64,000 nt of DNA, from positions 62,001 to 126,000 of the forward strand of contig JBODTK010000151.1 in assembly GCA_050613775.1 (NCBI GenBank), written 5' to 3'. Positions 1 to 12,625 of this stretch are shown piece after piece. A program made the position numbers and the translations under genes. The DNA comes from Neocallimastix sp. 'constans'. Its lineage: Eukaryota. How positions within the stretch are numbered: the first letter of the stretch is position 1; every line of letters starts with the position of its first letter. The notes beneath the pieces were generated by a model. That model saw only the letters and a program-made list of their open reading frames with translations. It was not told the DNA's origin and ran no database searches.

Positions 1-942
1 AAGTATGGGTTCAAATGTTTTTAATTGTATATTATTATTTTTAATATAAAATTTGATGATTAAAAAATTATATACATATCTAAATATTAAATATTTATTA
101 TTATTACTATTATTAAATAAATAGCTTAAATACTGTTATTTTTTGTTAATTTAAGCATAAAAAAAAAAGTTTATTAATATTCCTGTAATAATTTAATTAA
201 AACAAAACAGTTCTATTTATTTATTTATTTTTTTTATTTATTATTATTACTAATAGGTATTATATATTAAACATATATTCAAATTTATAATACATTTTAT
301 ACTTTACTAAACTACATTTTAATGATTTACATATTATAAAAACTATTAATAATATCCTTTTAGAATAATATCATTTATTCAAAATTAAATTTATTAAAGA
401 TAAATTAATATCATAAAAATTTCATTTCAGTTTTTGCTTTTTTATTAATTTCAAATGAAAAGAACACTTTTTTATCAATTAATTTTTAATAAAATCATTT
501 CTCTCTTTTTTTTTTAGTTACAAAATGTAATTATGTTTAAAAAAATAAAATTTTAATTTATTTTTTATAATTTTTTCATAATAATTTATAATAAAATATT
601 TTATAGTTATTTTTTTTATTATTAATCTATTATTTTATTTTAGTAAAGTAGTTCAAATGTTTTTAATTGTATATTATTATTTTTAATATAAAATTTGATG
701 ATTAAAAAATTATATACATATCTAAATATTTATATTTATTATTATTACTATTATTAAATAAATAGCTTAAACACTGTTATTTTTTGTTAATTTAAACATA
801 AAAAAAAAGTTTATTAATATTCCTATAGTAATTTAATTAAAACAAAACAGTTCTATTCATTATTATTTTTTTTTATGTATTTTAATTATTACTAATAATT
901 ATTATATACTAAACATTTATTCAAATTTATGATAATACATTT

Positions 943-985
<43 letters not shown>

Positions 986-2477
986 CGATAATATTTTTAT
1001 TTTTAATTAAAATTAATATAAAATTGATAATACTAACTATATTTTTAATGTTTTATATATGTATAAAAACTATTAATAATGTCCTTTTAGAATAATATCA
1101 TTTATTCAAAATTAAATTTATTAAAGATAAATTAATATCATAAAAATTTCATTTCAGTTTTTGCTTTTTTATTAATTTCAAATGAACACTTTTATACTTT
1201 TATATCAATTAATTTTTAATAAAACCTTTTTTTTTTTTTTTTTTTTAGTTACAAGGATTTATAAAATGCAATTATGTTTATAACAATATAATTATAATAA
1301 TTTATTTTTATTAATTGTTCATAATAATATATAATAAAATATTTTTATAATTATTTTTATATTATTATTTTATTATTTTATTTTAGTAAAATAGTTCAAA
1401 TAATTATTACTAATCATTATTATATATTATACATATATTCAAATTTATGATAATAATTTTTTACTTCATTTTTCTTTTTTTTTTTTTTTTCTAATAATAT
1501 TTTTATTTTTAATTAAAATTAATATAAAATTAATAATACTAACAATAATACTAACTATATTTTTAATGTTTTATATATGTATAAAAAATATTAATAATGT
1601 CCTTTTAGAATAATATCATTAATTCAGAATTAAATTTATTAAAGATAAATTAATATCATAAAAATTTCATTTCAGTTTTTGCTTTTTTATTAATTTCAAA
1701 TGAAAAGAACACTTTTTTATCAATTAATTTTTAATAAAATCATTTCTCTCTTTTTTTTTTAGTTACAAAATGTAATTATGTTTAAAAAAATAAAATTTTA
1801 ATTTATTTTTTATAATTTTTTCATAATAATTTATAATAAAATATTTTTTATAATTATTTTTTTATTATTAATTTATTATTTTATTTTAGTAAAATAGTTC
1901 AAATGCTTTTAATTGTATATTATTATTTTTAATATAAAATTTGATAATTAAATTATTATATACATATCTAAATATTTATATTTATTATTACTATTATTAA
2001 ATAAATAGCTTAAACACTGTTATTTTTTGTTAATTTAAACATAAAAAAAAAAGTTTATTAATATTCCTATAGTAATTTAATTAAAATAAAACAGTTCTAT
2101 TCATTATTATTATTTTTTTATTTATTATAATTATTACTAATAAGTATTATATATTAAACATATATTCAAATTTATGATAATACTTTTTTTTACTTTTTTT
2201 TTTTTTTTTTTAATAATATTTTTATTTTTAATTAAATTAATATAAAATTAGTAATACTCAACTACATTTTTAATGTTTTACATATTATAAAAACTATTAT
2301 ATAAAAACTATTAATAATGTCCTTTTAGAATAATATCATTAATTCAAAATTAAATATATTAAAAATAAATTAATATCATAAAAATTTCATTTCAGTTTTT
2401 TCTTTTTTATTAATTTCAAATGAATGAACACTTTTATATCAATTAATTTTTAATAAAATCATTTCTCTCTCTCTCTT

Positions 2478-2517
<40 letters not shown>

Positions 2518-2650
2518 TTTTTATCTTTTAGTTACAAGTATCTATAAAATGTAATTATACTTAAAAAAAAATATATATATATAAATAAAATTTATTTTTT
2601 ATTATTTTTTCATTAATAGTTTAAAATAAAATATTTTTATAATTATTTTT
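1..2650. repeat. Degenerate tandem repeat of a ~500-750 bp AT-rich unit, about 4 copies, probably continuing left of the window
   Basis: Block ccttttagaataatatcatt..aaaatttcatttcagttttt recurs at ~356, ~1083, ~1601 and ~2321; block ttcaaatg.ttttaattgtatattatt recurs at ~10, ~653 and ~1898 (deleted in the third unit). Confidence 0.9.
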
Positions 2651-2774
2651 TTTTTATAGTGAATTAAAATATTTTTTTAAGTATCTTTATATACACAAAT
2701 ATATATAAAAAATGAAATAAGTTCTTATTTATTTTCATTTTTATTCTTTCATTTCAACATCTAACGATGAAGTA

Positions 2775-3887
2775 CTAAGAATTTGAGGTTTTCAATAATG
2801 GGGTAGAATCATTATCATTATAGCTCATTCCCATTGCTAATGATTCCGTATCCGTTAATGAATAATGGTTTGTTGTAAAAGATTGATTATCATTAATTGA
2901 TGGACTTGAAAACTTTTCAAATTGAGGATCAATCATAGAAGGTTGAGGAGGTATAATATACGATTGTGGTTTAGAAGATGAAAAACTGGCCGTAGAGGAA
3001 AGTGTCGGTGATTGATTAAATCGATAAAAGGGTTGTAACGGATTTTTTGGATCATAATTTAGAGAGTATTCTTTGTATCGTAAGCGACCTAAAGTATTAA
3101 TAATCTCTTCACATATTTCAATAGGTTCTTTAATTTCATCTTTAACCGATGGTAATGGATATTTAAAATTTGGTTTAGATTCAATATTTCTAGCTTTTTC
3201 AATTAGTTTCTTTTTGCTTTTCTTTTTAAAATAAAATATTGAAAAAACAATTCCACTTATTACTACTATTATTATCATTATCAAAATAAGAATTGGTAGT
3301 ATTGATGAATTATTTTTCTTATCATTAATTCTATTAAGATCCGAATTACTTATATTTTGGTTATTATTTTTAAATTCTTGGGTATTATTTTTATAAATTT
3401 CACCAATTATATTATTGCTTATTTTATTATCGTTACTTTCATTATTATAATTGATATTGCCTTTATTTTTATTATTAATATCATTAATATCATTATTATT
3501 GTTATTATCATTATTATTTTTATTATCATTATTATTGTTATCATTATTATTGTTATCATTATTACTGGTATTATTATTTTTATTCTTATTATTATTTTTA
3601 TCATTATCATTATAATTATTATTATTAATATTAATATTATTATTGTTGTTGTTTTTATTATCCCTATTACTGCTATTACTATTATTAGAATTGTTATTAT
3701 TATCTGTTGGGTAATTCTCTTCTATATCATCGTTATTGTAATTATTATTATTTTCTCTATCAGGTTCAACATTTTCAATAGAAGGTGGTAATTCTTTCGG
3801 TGGAAGACCTTTTGGAGGAATTTTTGCTGGAATGTATTTAGGAACTTGTCCTGGAAATTGTCTTGGCTGTTTTGATATATATAACAT
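2775..3887 (-). CDS. Orphan single-pass membrane protein 1 (370 aa): Pro-rich then Asn-rich N-terminus, TM ~196-220, KKKSKKK, Ser/Pro tail; paralogue of 9330..10475
   Basis: Long uninterrupted ORF with GC above background; hydrophobic ILPILILIMIIIVVISGIVFSIFYF followed by a basic cluster; tail shares INTLGRLRYK, SPTL.ST, PQP.M.DPQFE and QSF.T.HYSL with gene 2. Confidence 0.88.
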   Translation of the reverse strand: MLYISKQPRQFPGQVPKYIPAKIPPKGLPPKELPPSIENVEPDRENNNNYNNDDIEENYPTDNNNNSNNSNSSNRDNKNNNNNNININNNNYNDNDKNNNKNKNNNTSNNDNNNNDNNNNDNKNNNDNNNNNDINDINNKNKGNINYNNESNDNKISNNIIGEIYKNNTQEFKNNNQNISNSDLNRINDKKNNSSILPILILIMIIIVVISGIVFSIFYFKKKSKKKLIEKARNIESKPNFKYPLPSVKDEIKEPIEICEEIINTLGRLRYKEYSLNYDPKNPLQPFYRFNQSPTLSSTASFSSSKPQSYIIPPQPSMIDPQFEKFSSPSINDNQSFTTNHYSLTDTESLAMGMSYNDNDSTPLLKTSNS

Positions 3888-5173
3888 ATTTTATTAATTT
3901 GTACATTAAATTAAGTTGCAATAGATAAAATTGTGTTTTAAAGTATATACATATTTATATATATATATTTATATATATATTTATATATATATTTTTTATT
4001 TTAAAAGTTTTTTAAAAAAATTATATAACTGGTAATATAATATCTAAATATTTAAATATACAATTAAATATTATTTTGTTATTAAATTTATATACATGTT
4101 TTAAATGTTTTATTTATTGTTATTAATTATTATTATTATTATTATAATTATTATTCAATAAAATATTATATTAAATTATTATGATAAATTTGTTATTCAA
4201 CTAAATGTTTTCACTTCTCGAATGTCTAAAACAATAGTAGTATTATTTTTATTTATTTTTTAAATTATTTTATCATAAACTTTTTGATATTTATATAATT
4301 TTTTTTTTTTTTTATTTATATAATAAGATTATTAATAATTAAAAATTAATATTAAAAAAAAATTAATTTTCATATTAATATAAATTAAAATGTTACAATA
4401 GAACATATTTAGTATATTTATATATATGTGTGTGGTGTGGTGTATGCTTTTATAGAAGAAGATAATTTTATTTAATTTATTAATAAATATTGTAAAAATA
4501 TTATAGATATATTAATATATATTAATATATCTATATAATATACTGCGTAATGTATATTATTTAAAAACTACACGTTCTATATCTTTAATTTAAAATAATA
4601 ATATATGTATTATATATTTACATTAATTCATTTATAGTATTATTAATATATATAATGTCATATATATAATACATTATAAATATATAGAATATATAGAATA
4701 TGAACAAATATTAACATTTAATAAATATAGATTTAAATTTTCATATGAAAAATATATATAGGGCATTTATGTGTAACTATATATATTGATAGTTTTCATT
4801 AAATTCTATACACCACTGCTTAACTTATCACCTCAAATCTCTCCCATTCCATTAAATCATAATTCAATATATATATAATTATATAACTTAATTTATTTAA
4901 TTTATATACAAATTAATACAAATTAATTATATGTGATATAATTAAAATAATACGTTTATATAATATATATACTACACAATTTAGGTATAATCATATATTA
5001 AACTTTATTTATATATAAATTTATGAGGTGTTCAATATATAAAGTAAATTTTTTTTTTTTTTTTTTTTTTTTTTGACGGTAACAAATATATATCTGGGTC
5101 TTTATTAATTAATAAAATATTACATACATAAAATTTTTTTTTTTTTTTTTAAATCAACTATTCATTAACCAAA

Positions 5174-6075
5174 ATGAAAATATTAATTTTAGGCAGAGGT
5201 GTAATAGGAATTCAATATGGATGGGCACTAGAAAATGCTGGAAATACAGTGGATTTCTACGTAAGAAAAAGTAACAAGCATAACTATGCAGATTATGTCG
5301 AATTACACACATATGACGGCCGAAAAAAACAAATGATAAATGAAAAATGGTCAATTAATCTTAGATATGAAATACCTAATGATGAAAAATATGATCTGAT
5401 AATAATAAGTGTTAACCCTGAGCAAGTATCTGGTGCAATCGAAACCATTACTCCAATCGTTAGGGATGCAAATGTATTAATTATTGGAAATTATGGAGGT
5501 AATCCAGTCAATAAAATACAGACTCTTCCCCATGATCAAATTATCATAGGTTTTCCTGGTGCCGGTGGAGGAATAACAGATAATGTCCTCCATGGTGTAA
5601 TGTATCCATCTATTGAAATGGGCATGTCTGGTGAAAAAATCTCTGAGAGAGAACAAAAAATCAAGCAACTATTTGAATCAGCAGATTTTAAAGTTAGTAT
5701 GCATACTGATATAGGATCATGGTTATTAAATCACTATGTATTAAACGCCGCCATGGAAACAGAAGTATTAAAACGTGGCAGTTTTGAAGCAGTTATTTCA
5801 TCAGATAATGGACTAGTTGACATGTTATTGAATGCCCGAGAAATGGTTCCCTACCTTAAAGCTAAGGGTGTAAAACCTGATATTGTATTAAAAGTTATGG
5901 GTATTGTTCCAGCTAGTCTTATAGCATATATGATGAAAAAAACAGTCTATAAACCTGGAAGTCCTGGATATAATGCTATAGCATATAATAAATATGAAGT
6001 TGGTTATTCTGTAAGAGAAATCGTCGAAGATGCAAAAGCACTTGGCGTTTCTCTTCCTCGTATTGAAGATGCACT

Positions 6076-6082
<7 letters not shown>
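5174..6082 (+). CDS. Ketopantoate reductase (ApbA/PanE)-family NAD(P)H oxidoreductase, bacterial type, intronless (302 aa)
   Basis: N-terminal Rossmann motif MKILILGRGVIG, YDLIIISV and GFPGAGG; length typical of the family; aaaATG start context. Confidence 0.85.
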
Positions 6083-6112
<30 letters not shown>

Positions 6113-7634
6113 TTTAAGCTCTATAGATTTATAGATCCTTATTATTTTTTTTTACAATCTTTTTTACCTAAAAAAATCTCTAAACTAAACTAAAAAAAAA
6201 AAAAAAAAAAAATGATATAGAATATACTCTATAGCTAATATATATAATAATCTTAGAGCACATTAACAACCTCAACAATATATATGTGCTTCAATAAGTG
6301 TTAAATTTTTCTTAAGTCTGTTAAAAAATATTTATATATTATATCACCTCTTTTTATCACTAATCCTTACCATGGATTTTTATATTTTTTTTTTTTTTTA
6401 AAACTTTATTTTATTAATTAAAATTCGTAAAAATTATATATTAATTGTGATTTAAAATTCTTAAATTTGAAACACATGAATGTATAAATTTATGTACGTA
6501 AAAATTAAATAAGTATGTAATTTAATTTCTAAAATAAAAAAAAATAGGCTTCTGCGTATAAATTAAATAAAATTTTGTAATAAATATCAATTACTAAAAC
6601 AAAGTTAATAATAATAACAATAATAATAATAATTGATATATAGAATTTTCAAGATAATAAGTAAATTTTATGAAAAAAATGTAAACAATGAAATCTTATA
6701 CAAATGTAAAAAAATTAATATATTGGGAAATTTATATTAATTTATATTTATATATTCTTTAAAGTTATAATAAAATTACATTTATTTTATTCTTAATTAG
6801 CATAATATATTACTTTTATATTTTATTAAATATTATTTTATATTTTAGTTATATTAAATTATTAAAAATATAATGAATTAACTTAAATTCTGAACTATAG
6901 AATAGTAATTCATAAAAAGAAAATGTATATAAATTTTTAAAAGAGGACTATATATGAAGAGAGAAAATAATTGGTGAAATATAATGAAGTTTTATCAATA
7001 AATTAAATAGTTAATATTTTTCTTAAGTTATATTATTTGAAATGTAACTTCCTTGAATAATAAATAATTTTGGTGTAATTATTTATAAAATATATTTTAT
7101 GTAAATTTATAGTTTATTTTTTTTATTATAAAAAAAATAAGCAAAACTTTCTTTATAACTTTTATTATAAGTTGTAGTAAAATTCTAACTTTAAAGGAAT
7201 AATTATTTTACAACTTTAGTACAACATTATAATATTAACAAATATATTATTTTGTAATCAATAATAATAATTATAATAATAATAATAATTATAATAATAA
7301 GTAGAAGAAGAAGAAGAAAAATTTTTTTATTATTAGGTAAAAAAATTTTTTTTCTTTTTTTTAATGTTTTTATTTTTTGATATAAAAAAAAATATGAAAT
7401 AAAAAAGATATATTAAAATATTATATAAAAAAAAAAGTTTTAATATTTTGTGTAACCTCTCTAATCCTGATATATTTTGTAATTAATAAAAATAAAAAAA
7501 CTATTTAATAAAATAACGTATATTCCAAATATAGAAAAAAATTATTTACCTAAATAAATTATAGTTTTTTATCATCATTTTTTTTATATAATATTTTTTT
7601 AACATAAATACTCTATATTAATAAATTATTAATA

Positions 7635-7668
<34 letters not shown>

Positions 7669-8127
7669 GGTTTTTAAATTAAAAAGATAATTAAATATAT
7701 TATGGTAACCGTAATTATCCATTTATGCTATCAAAAATATTTTATAAAATTGATAATTACAGTCATTCATCATATGTAGAACAAATGTTTTTTTGAGAAA
7801 AATTATAAACAAATTTTTTTAAAATTTTTAAAGTATATATTATATCTATTCATTATATTAATAATATTTTAAAGTTGCTATTTTTAATATTATGCTTAAT
7901 ATTATCGTTAATTTGTAAAAGATAACAAAACAAAAAAAAAAAAAAAAAAAACTTTTTTTTTTGTTATCTTGTATAAAATAAGTTTAACATAATTAATTAC
8001 CATGTTCATTAATTTGTTTTCAAATAATGACAATATATATATATTTTTTTATACCAAACAAAATTATTTATTTGTTATTATTACATAAAATTTAAATTTA
8101 TTATATACACAAATATTTTCCATAATT

Positions 8128-8653
8128 AAACTTTATTTGAATATTTTTAAAAATATTTTAATAGGTTCATTTAAAAAATAAAAATTAATAATATATATAT
8201 ATTTTTTAAAAATACAATTAAAATACAATTAAAATACAATTATACTTAAACACTTTATAATATATATTGTATTACATTAATAATTTCATTTTTTTTATTT
8301 TTTTTAATTTTTTTTTTTTATTTTTTTATTTTTTTTTCCATTTATTTTTTATTTTTTTATTTTTTTTTCCATTTATTTTTTATTTTTTTATTTTTTTTTC
8401 CATTTATTTTTTATTTTTACATTTATTTTTTTTTTTACATTTATTTATTTTTTTATTTTTCTAATTTTTTTTTTAGCTTTTTATTTTTATTTTCTATTTT
8501 TTTTTATTTATTAAAAAAAAATGTTAGGTATAATTGTATTTCTAAAAAAAGAAATTAAAATATATATGTTATCCATATAAATATAAATTATTAATTTATA
8601 TTTTTTATATGAACCTATTAAAATATTTTTAAAATATTCAAAAAAAAAAGTTT
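8128..8653. repeat. Imperfect inverted repeat (~120-130 bp arms) around a T-rich core; possible MITE/foldback relic
   Basis: tttgaatatttttaaaaatattttaataggttcat (~8137-8170) is nearly the reverse complement of atgaacctattaaaatatttttaaaatattcaaa (~8609-8642); aatacaattatact (~8233) mirrors ggtataattgtatt (~8527). Confidence 0.6.
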
Positions 8654-8792
8654 AATATATTTTGTATAACAACATTAATAATTTCATTTTTTTTTAATTT
8701 TTTAATTTTTTTAATAACAACATTAATAATTTCATTTTTTTTTAATTTTTTAATTTTTTTAATTTTTTTTTATTTTTTTATTTTTTTTTTTT

Positions 8793-8847
<55 letters not shown>

Positions 8848-9119
8848 TCTATTTTTTCTTACATTTATTTTTTTTTTTACATTTATTTTTTAATTATTTA
8901 TATTTTCTTTTTATCTATTTTTCTATTTTTTTTTTCTATTTAATTTTTTTTCCTATTTTTCTATTTTATTTTTTTTTTTTAGTTTTCTTTTTTTATTTAA
9001 AAAAAAATTTTTTTTTTTAGTAACTGTAGAGAATTTATTTTCTATATAACGTATTTTTAACGGTAATAATTTAAGGATGGAAGATTTACTTATTATTTGT
9101 AGATTCACTGATGGTATAT

Positions 9120-9329
9120 TACTTATTGTGTATTATCAATTAACGGAATAGATTCACTGAAGGATTGATTTTATATACTTGGAAGTATTTAATTCCATTA
9201 ATGAATAATAAGTAGTACTGAATGATTGAAAACGACTTCTTCTTACATTATCATCTTCAAATTCTTCAAATTGAAAATCAACCATAATAAGTTGAGGAGC
9301 ACACTTCTTCCTCACGAATGACTGAAGGA
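9120..9329 (-). pseudogene. Degenerate tandem duplicate of the last ~55 codons of gene 2
   Basis: Minus-strand translation CAPQLIMVDFQFEEFEDDNVRRSRFQSFSTTYYSL, then a frameshift to SI*NQSFSESIPLIDNTQ*, matches the gene-2 tail CAPQPIMVDPQFEGDNGRRSRIQSFSTSHYSL..SIQNQSFSESIPLIDNTK. Confidence 0.85.
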
Positions 9330-10475
9330 TTAATTTTGTATTTTTGTATTATCAATTAATGGAATGGATTCACTGAAGGATTGATTTTGTATACTTGAAC
9401 TTAATGAATAATGAGAAGTACTAAACGATTGAATACGACTTCTTCTTCCATTATCACCTTCAAATTGAGGATCAACCATAATAGGTTGAGGAGCGCATAT
9501 ATCCGAAGAAGGATTATTTAATGAATATGTTGTCGTTGAAGCTAATGTTGGGGATGAAAAGAAATTGAAATTTTGGGTTGGATTATCTGGATCAAAAGGA
9601 TCTTTGTATCTTAAACGACCTAAAGTATTAATATATTCTTGACAGGCTTCAGTAGGATCTTTAAATTCATTAATTATTGGTCTATTAAAGAAATCAGGAA
9701 CTGGGTATGGATTTTCATAATTTCTAATATGTTGTTCCATAATTTCTTTTTCTTTGTTTTTCTTTGCCTTTTCATCCCTCTTTTCCTTTATTTTCTTTAC
9801 TTTTATAACTGTAAAAATAGAAGCAGCAAGTACAGATAAAACTATAAGTATTATCAATGCAAATGATGGTATAGTTATTGTAATATTACCATCAATACCT
9901 TTTGTATCATTATTACCAATTTTACCTTGATTATCTACATTAGGTGCATTATTGTTCAAATTTGTTATACTATTATTTAAATCTAAATTTTCCGTATTGT
10001 TATTATTAGTATCATTATCTTTATTATTATCACTATTATTATTGTTGGTATCACTATTACTTTGATTATTTCCTTTATTATCTTTACTTTCCTTTTCATG
10101 ATTTTTACTTTTATCATCATGATTGCTATCATCATTATCTTTTATTGTATGATCATCGGAACTATTATTTGTATGATCAGTATTTACGTTATTATCATTG
10201 CTTTTATCATTCGACTCATTATTATCTTTATTTTTATCTGAGTTACCACTGACATCATTTTGACTTGAATTATTGTTGTCATTTTTTTGATTAGGCCACT
10301 CATTATTTGGCCAACCTCCACCCCACATATTCCAGTTATTATTATTATTATTCCAATTATTATTCCAGTTATTATTATTCCAATCATTATTAAATGCGTT
10401 AAAATAATTTCTACCTTTACCCATATTATCTTTATCAATTGGTTTTATATAATTATCATTTTCTTTCAATATCAT
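9330..10475 (-). CDS. Orphan single-pass membrane protein 2 (381 aa): Trp/Asn-rich N-terminus, TM ~201-224, basic cluster, tail homologous to gene 1
   Basis: Long ORF, aaaaATG start; TM ITIPSFALIILIVLSVLAASIFTVI then KVKKIKEKR; tail motifs shared with 2775..3887. Confidence 0.88.
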   Translation of the reverse strand: MILKENDNYIKPIDKDNMGKGRNYFNAFNNDWNNNNWNNNWNNNNNNWNMWGGGWPNNEWPNQKNDNNNSSQNDVSGNSDKNKDNNESNDKSNDNNVNTDHTNNSSDDHTIKDNDDSNHDDKSKNHEKESKDNKGNNQSNSDTNNNNSDNNKDNDTNNNNTENLDLNNSITNLNNNAPNVDNQGKIGNNDTKGIDGNITITIPSFALIILIVLSVLAASIFTVIKVKKIKEKRDEKAKKNKEKEIMEQHIRNYENPYPVPDFFNRPIINEFKDPTEACQEYINTLGRLRYKDPFDPDNPTQNFNFFSSPTLASTTTYSLNNPSSDICAPQPIMVDPQFEGDNGRRSRIQSFSTSHYSLSSSIQNQSFSESIPLIDNTKIQN

Positions 10476-12015
10476 TTTTAATTATATATATAATATTTAT
10501 TAATTTCAATTTATATATAAATGTAATATAATAATTATAATGCTTCTTTTTTTCTTTTTTTTTGCTTTGATATTTTTAATTTTTCTTTTTTTATCTTGTT
10601 TAAAAAACACCTATTAAAATATTATTTTTAAAATGAATAAATATCTTTTCAATTTCTTAATCAATAAAATGAAGTTTAGATTTAAAAAAAAAAAAAAAAA
10701 AAAAATTACTTAGTCCTTTTATTTAGTATTTATATCATTCTGTTAAAAAATGATTTTACTTTTAATAATTACTACTAATACGTGATTAATTAAAATATAT
10801 TGTTATATTAAAAAAAAATAAAAAAAAACATATATATTGTAGGTTAATTATTTAATAAAAAAGAAAAAATGATTATTAATATATAATTAATATTAATGTT
10901 TTATATATATTAAAATGTAACTAAGAAAATAAGATTTTACATTGTTAAAAATTTATTGTTATAAAATTAATTTTAAATTATTTTTTATATTATATTTTTA
11001 ATAATTTAAAAATAAAAACTTTTTGATTTTAGTAATCAATAAAAAAAAAATCACTAAGTATTTTTTTATAATTAAATTAATTATAAAAAAAAAAAAAAAA
11101 AAAATTATAATATGTAATTTTAAAATTTAATAAAAATTATTATATTTTATTCATTTAATAATTTGTATTAAGTGTAATTTTGTTATTTTGTTATTTTTTA
11201 TTTTTTATTCAAATCATTTTGTTTATTATAAATTAAATATAAATTAAAAGGAGTTAATTTTAACAATGAAAAAAAAAAAAAAATAAAAATAAAATTAAAA
11301 TTAAAAATAAAAATATATATATAAATATTAAACTATATTTGTTTTTTAACCTTTTTTATTTTTTTTTTACAAATTAAAACTGAAAATCATATTTACACTA
11401 AGATTATGTCTTCAATTAAAATGTGTGTAACGTTACAAAAATTAATAAATATAAATTAAATTAATTAAACTATTATTTTTATTATGTATAATGAACAAAA
11501 AATTTTTATTTTAATATATATAATATATAATATTAAATAATATTTTATATATATATATAAAAAATAGCCGCTGTATTTTATCTTGGAAAATTAAATATTA
11601 TAAAGTACATAAAATAAATACTTTTTATAAACTATCAGTCATATTCATTTAGTATAATTAACAAATTAATATTTAAAATTATTTGATAATCATTTAACTT
11701 TTTTTTTTTTATTGTTTAGGTGTTTAAATATTTAAATCATTCTTTATTTTCAAATGTTAGCTATTCTTATATTAAAAGAATAATGTTATTAAAAATTATT
11801 GAATTTTTTTTATTAATGCAATTAATTAAAAACAATAAAATTCAATAGTCATCAATAAATATTATACTATATATATTTAACTGTACTATTATAATGTAAA
11901 ATATATATATTTAAAGTAAAAAAAAAAAAAAAAAAACTTTTTTGTAGGTTATAATAATTAATAGAACTCATATATTACTAATAAAATTAATAAAACTATA
12001 TATTATGATTGATTA

Positions 12016-12138
12016 ATAAAAATAAAATAAAATAAAATAAAATAAAATAAAATAATATAAAATAAAATAAAATAAAATAAAATAAAATAAAATAATATAA
12101 AATAAAATAAAATAATATAAAATAAAATAAAATAAAAT
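12016..12138. repeat. (AAAAT)n microsatellite with occasional AATAT variants
   Basis: Direct reading of the sequence. Confidence 0.9.
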
Positions 12139-12587
12139 AGAACATGTAATTAATAACTATGATCAGTTATTCAATAATATATTAATTTATTTATTAAAAA
12201 ATTAAAATTTATTATGATTTATTTTATTTTAAACCAAACATTTTGATTTAAAAATATCAAATTTATATTATCCAAACAATAGAAATTTTATAAATTTTTA
12301 TTATAAAAAAATAAGTTAAGTCAGTATTATTATTTAAATGATTTTTATTTTATGAAAATTTATGTTTCAACTTTTAATTTATTCCTCTTATGAAAATTAT
12401 CTCATATATATAATTATTAAAGAAATATTATTGATTAATTTTATTTTTATTTTTATTTTTATTTTTATTTTTTTAATTATAAAAATAATTATTAAAGAAA
12501 TATTAATTATTAATCTTATGTATATATATATATTTTTTTTTATAAGTATCTTATAAAATAAATAATATTTCTATATTAATTATTTAA

Positions 12588-12625
<38 letters not shown>

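Noticed and set aside
3357..3791. Ile-rich hydrophobic ORFs antisense or off-frame to Asn-rich genes (also near 10.2k, 22.4k, 55.3k, 62-63k)
   Set aside because: Shadow frames of AAT-rich coding sequence.
6080..6110. PolyA right after the reductase stop as evidence of a retrocopy
   Set aside because: Long A/T tracts flank nearly every gene in this window, and no TSD is evident.
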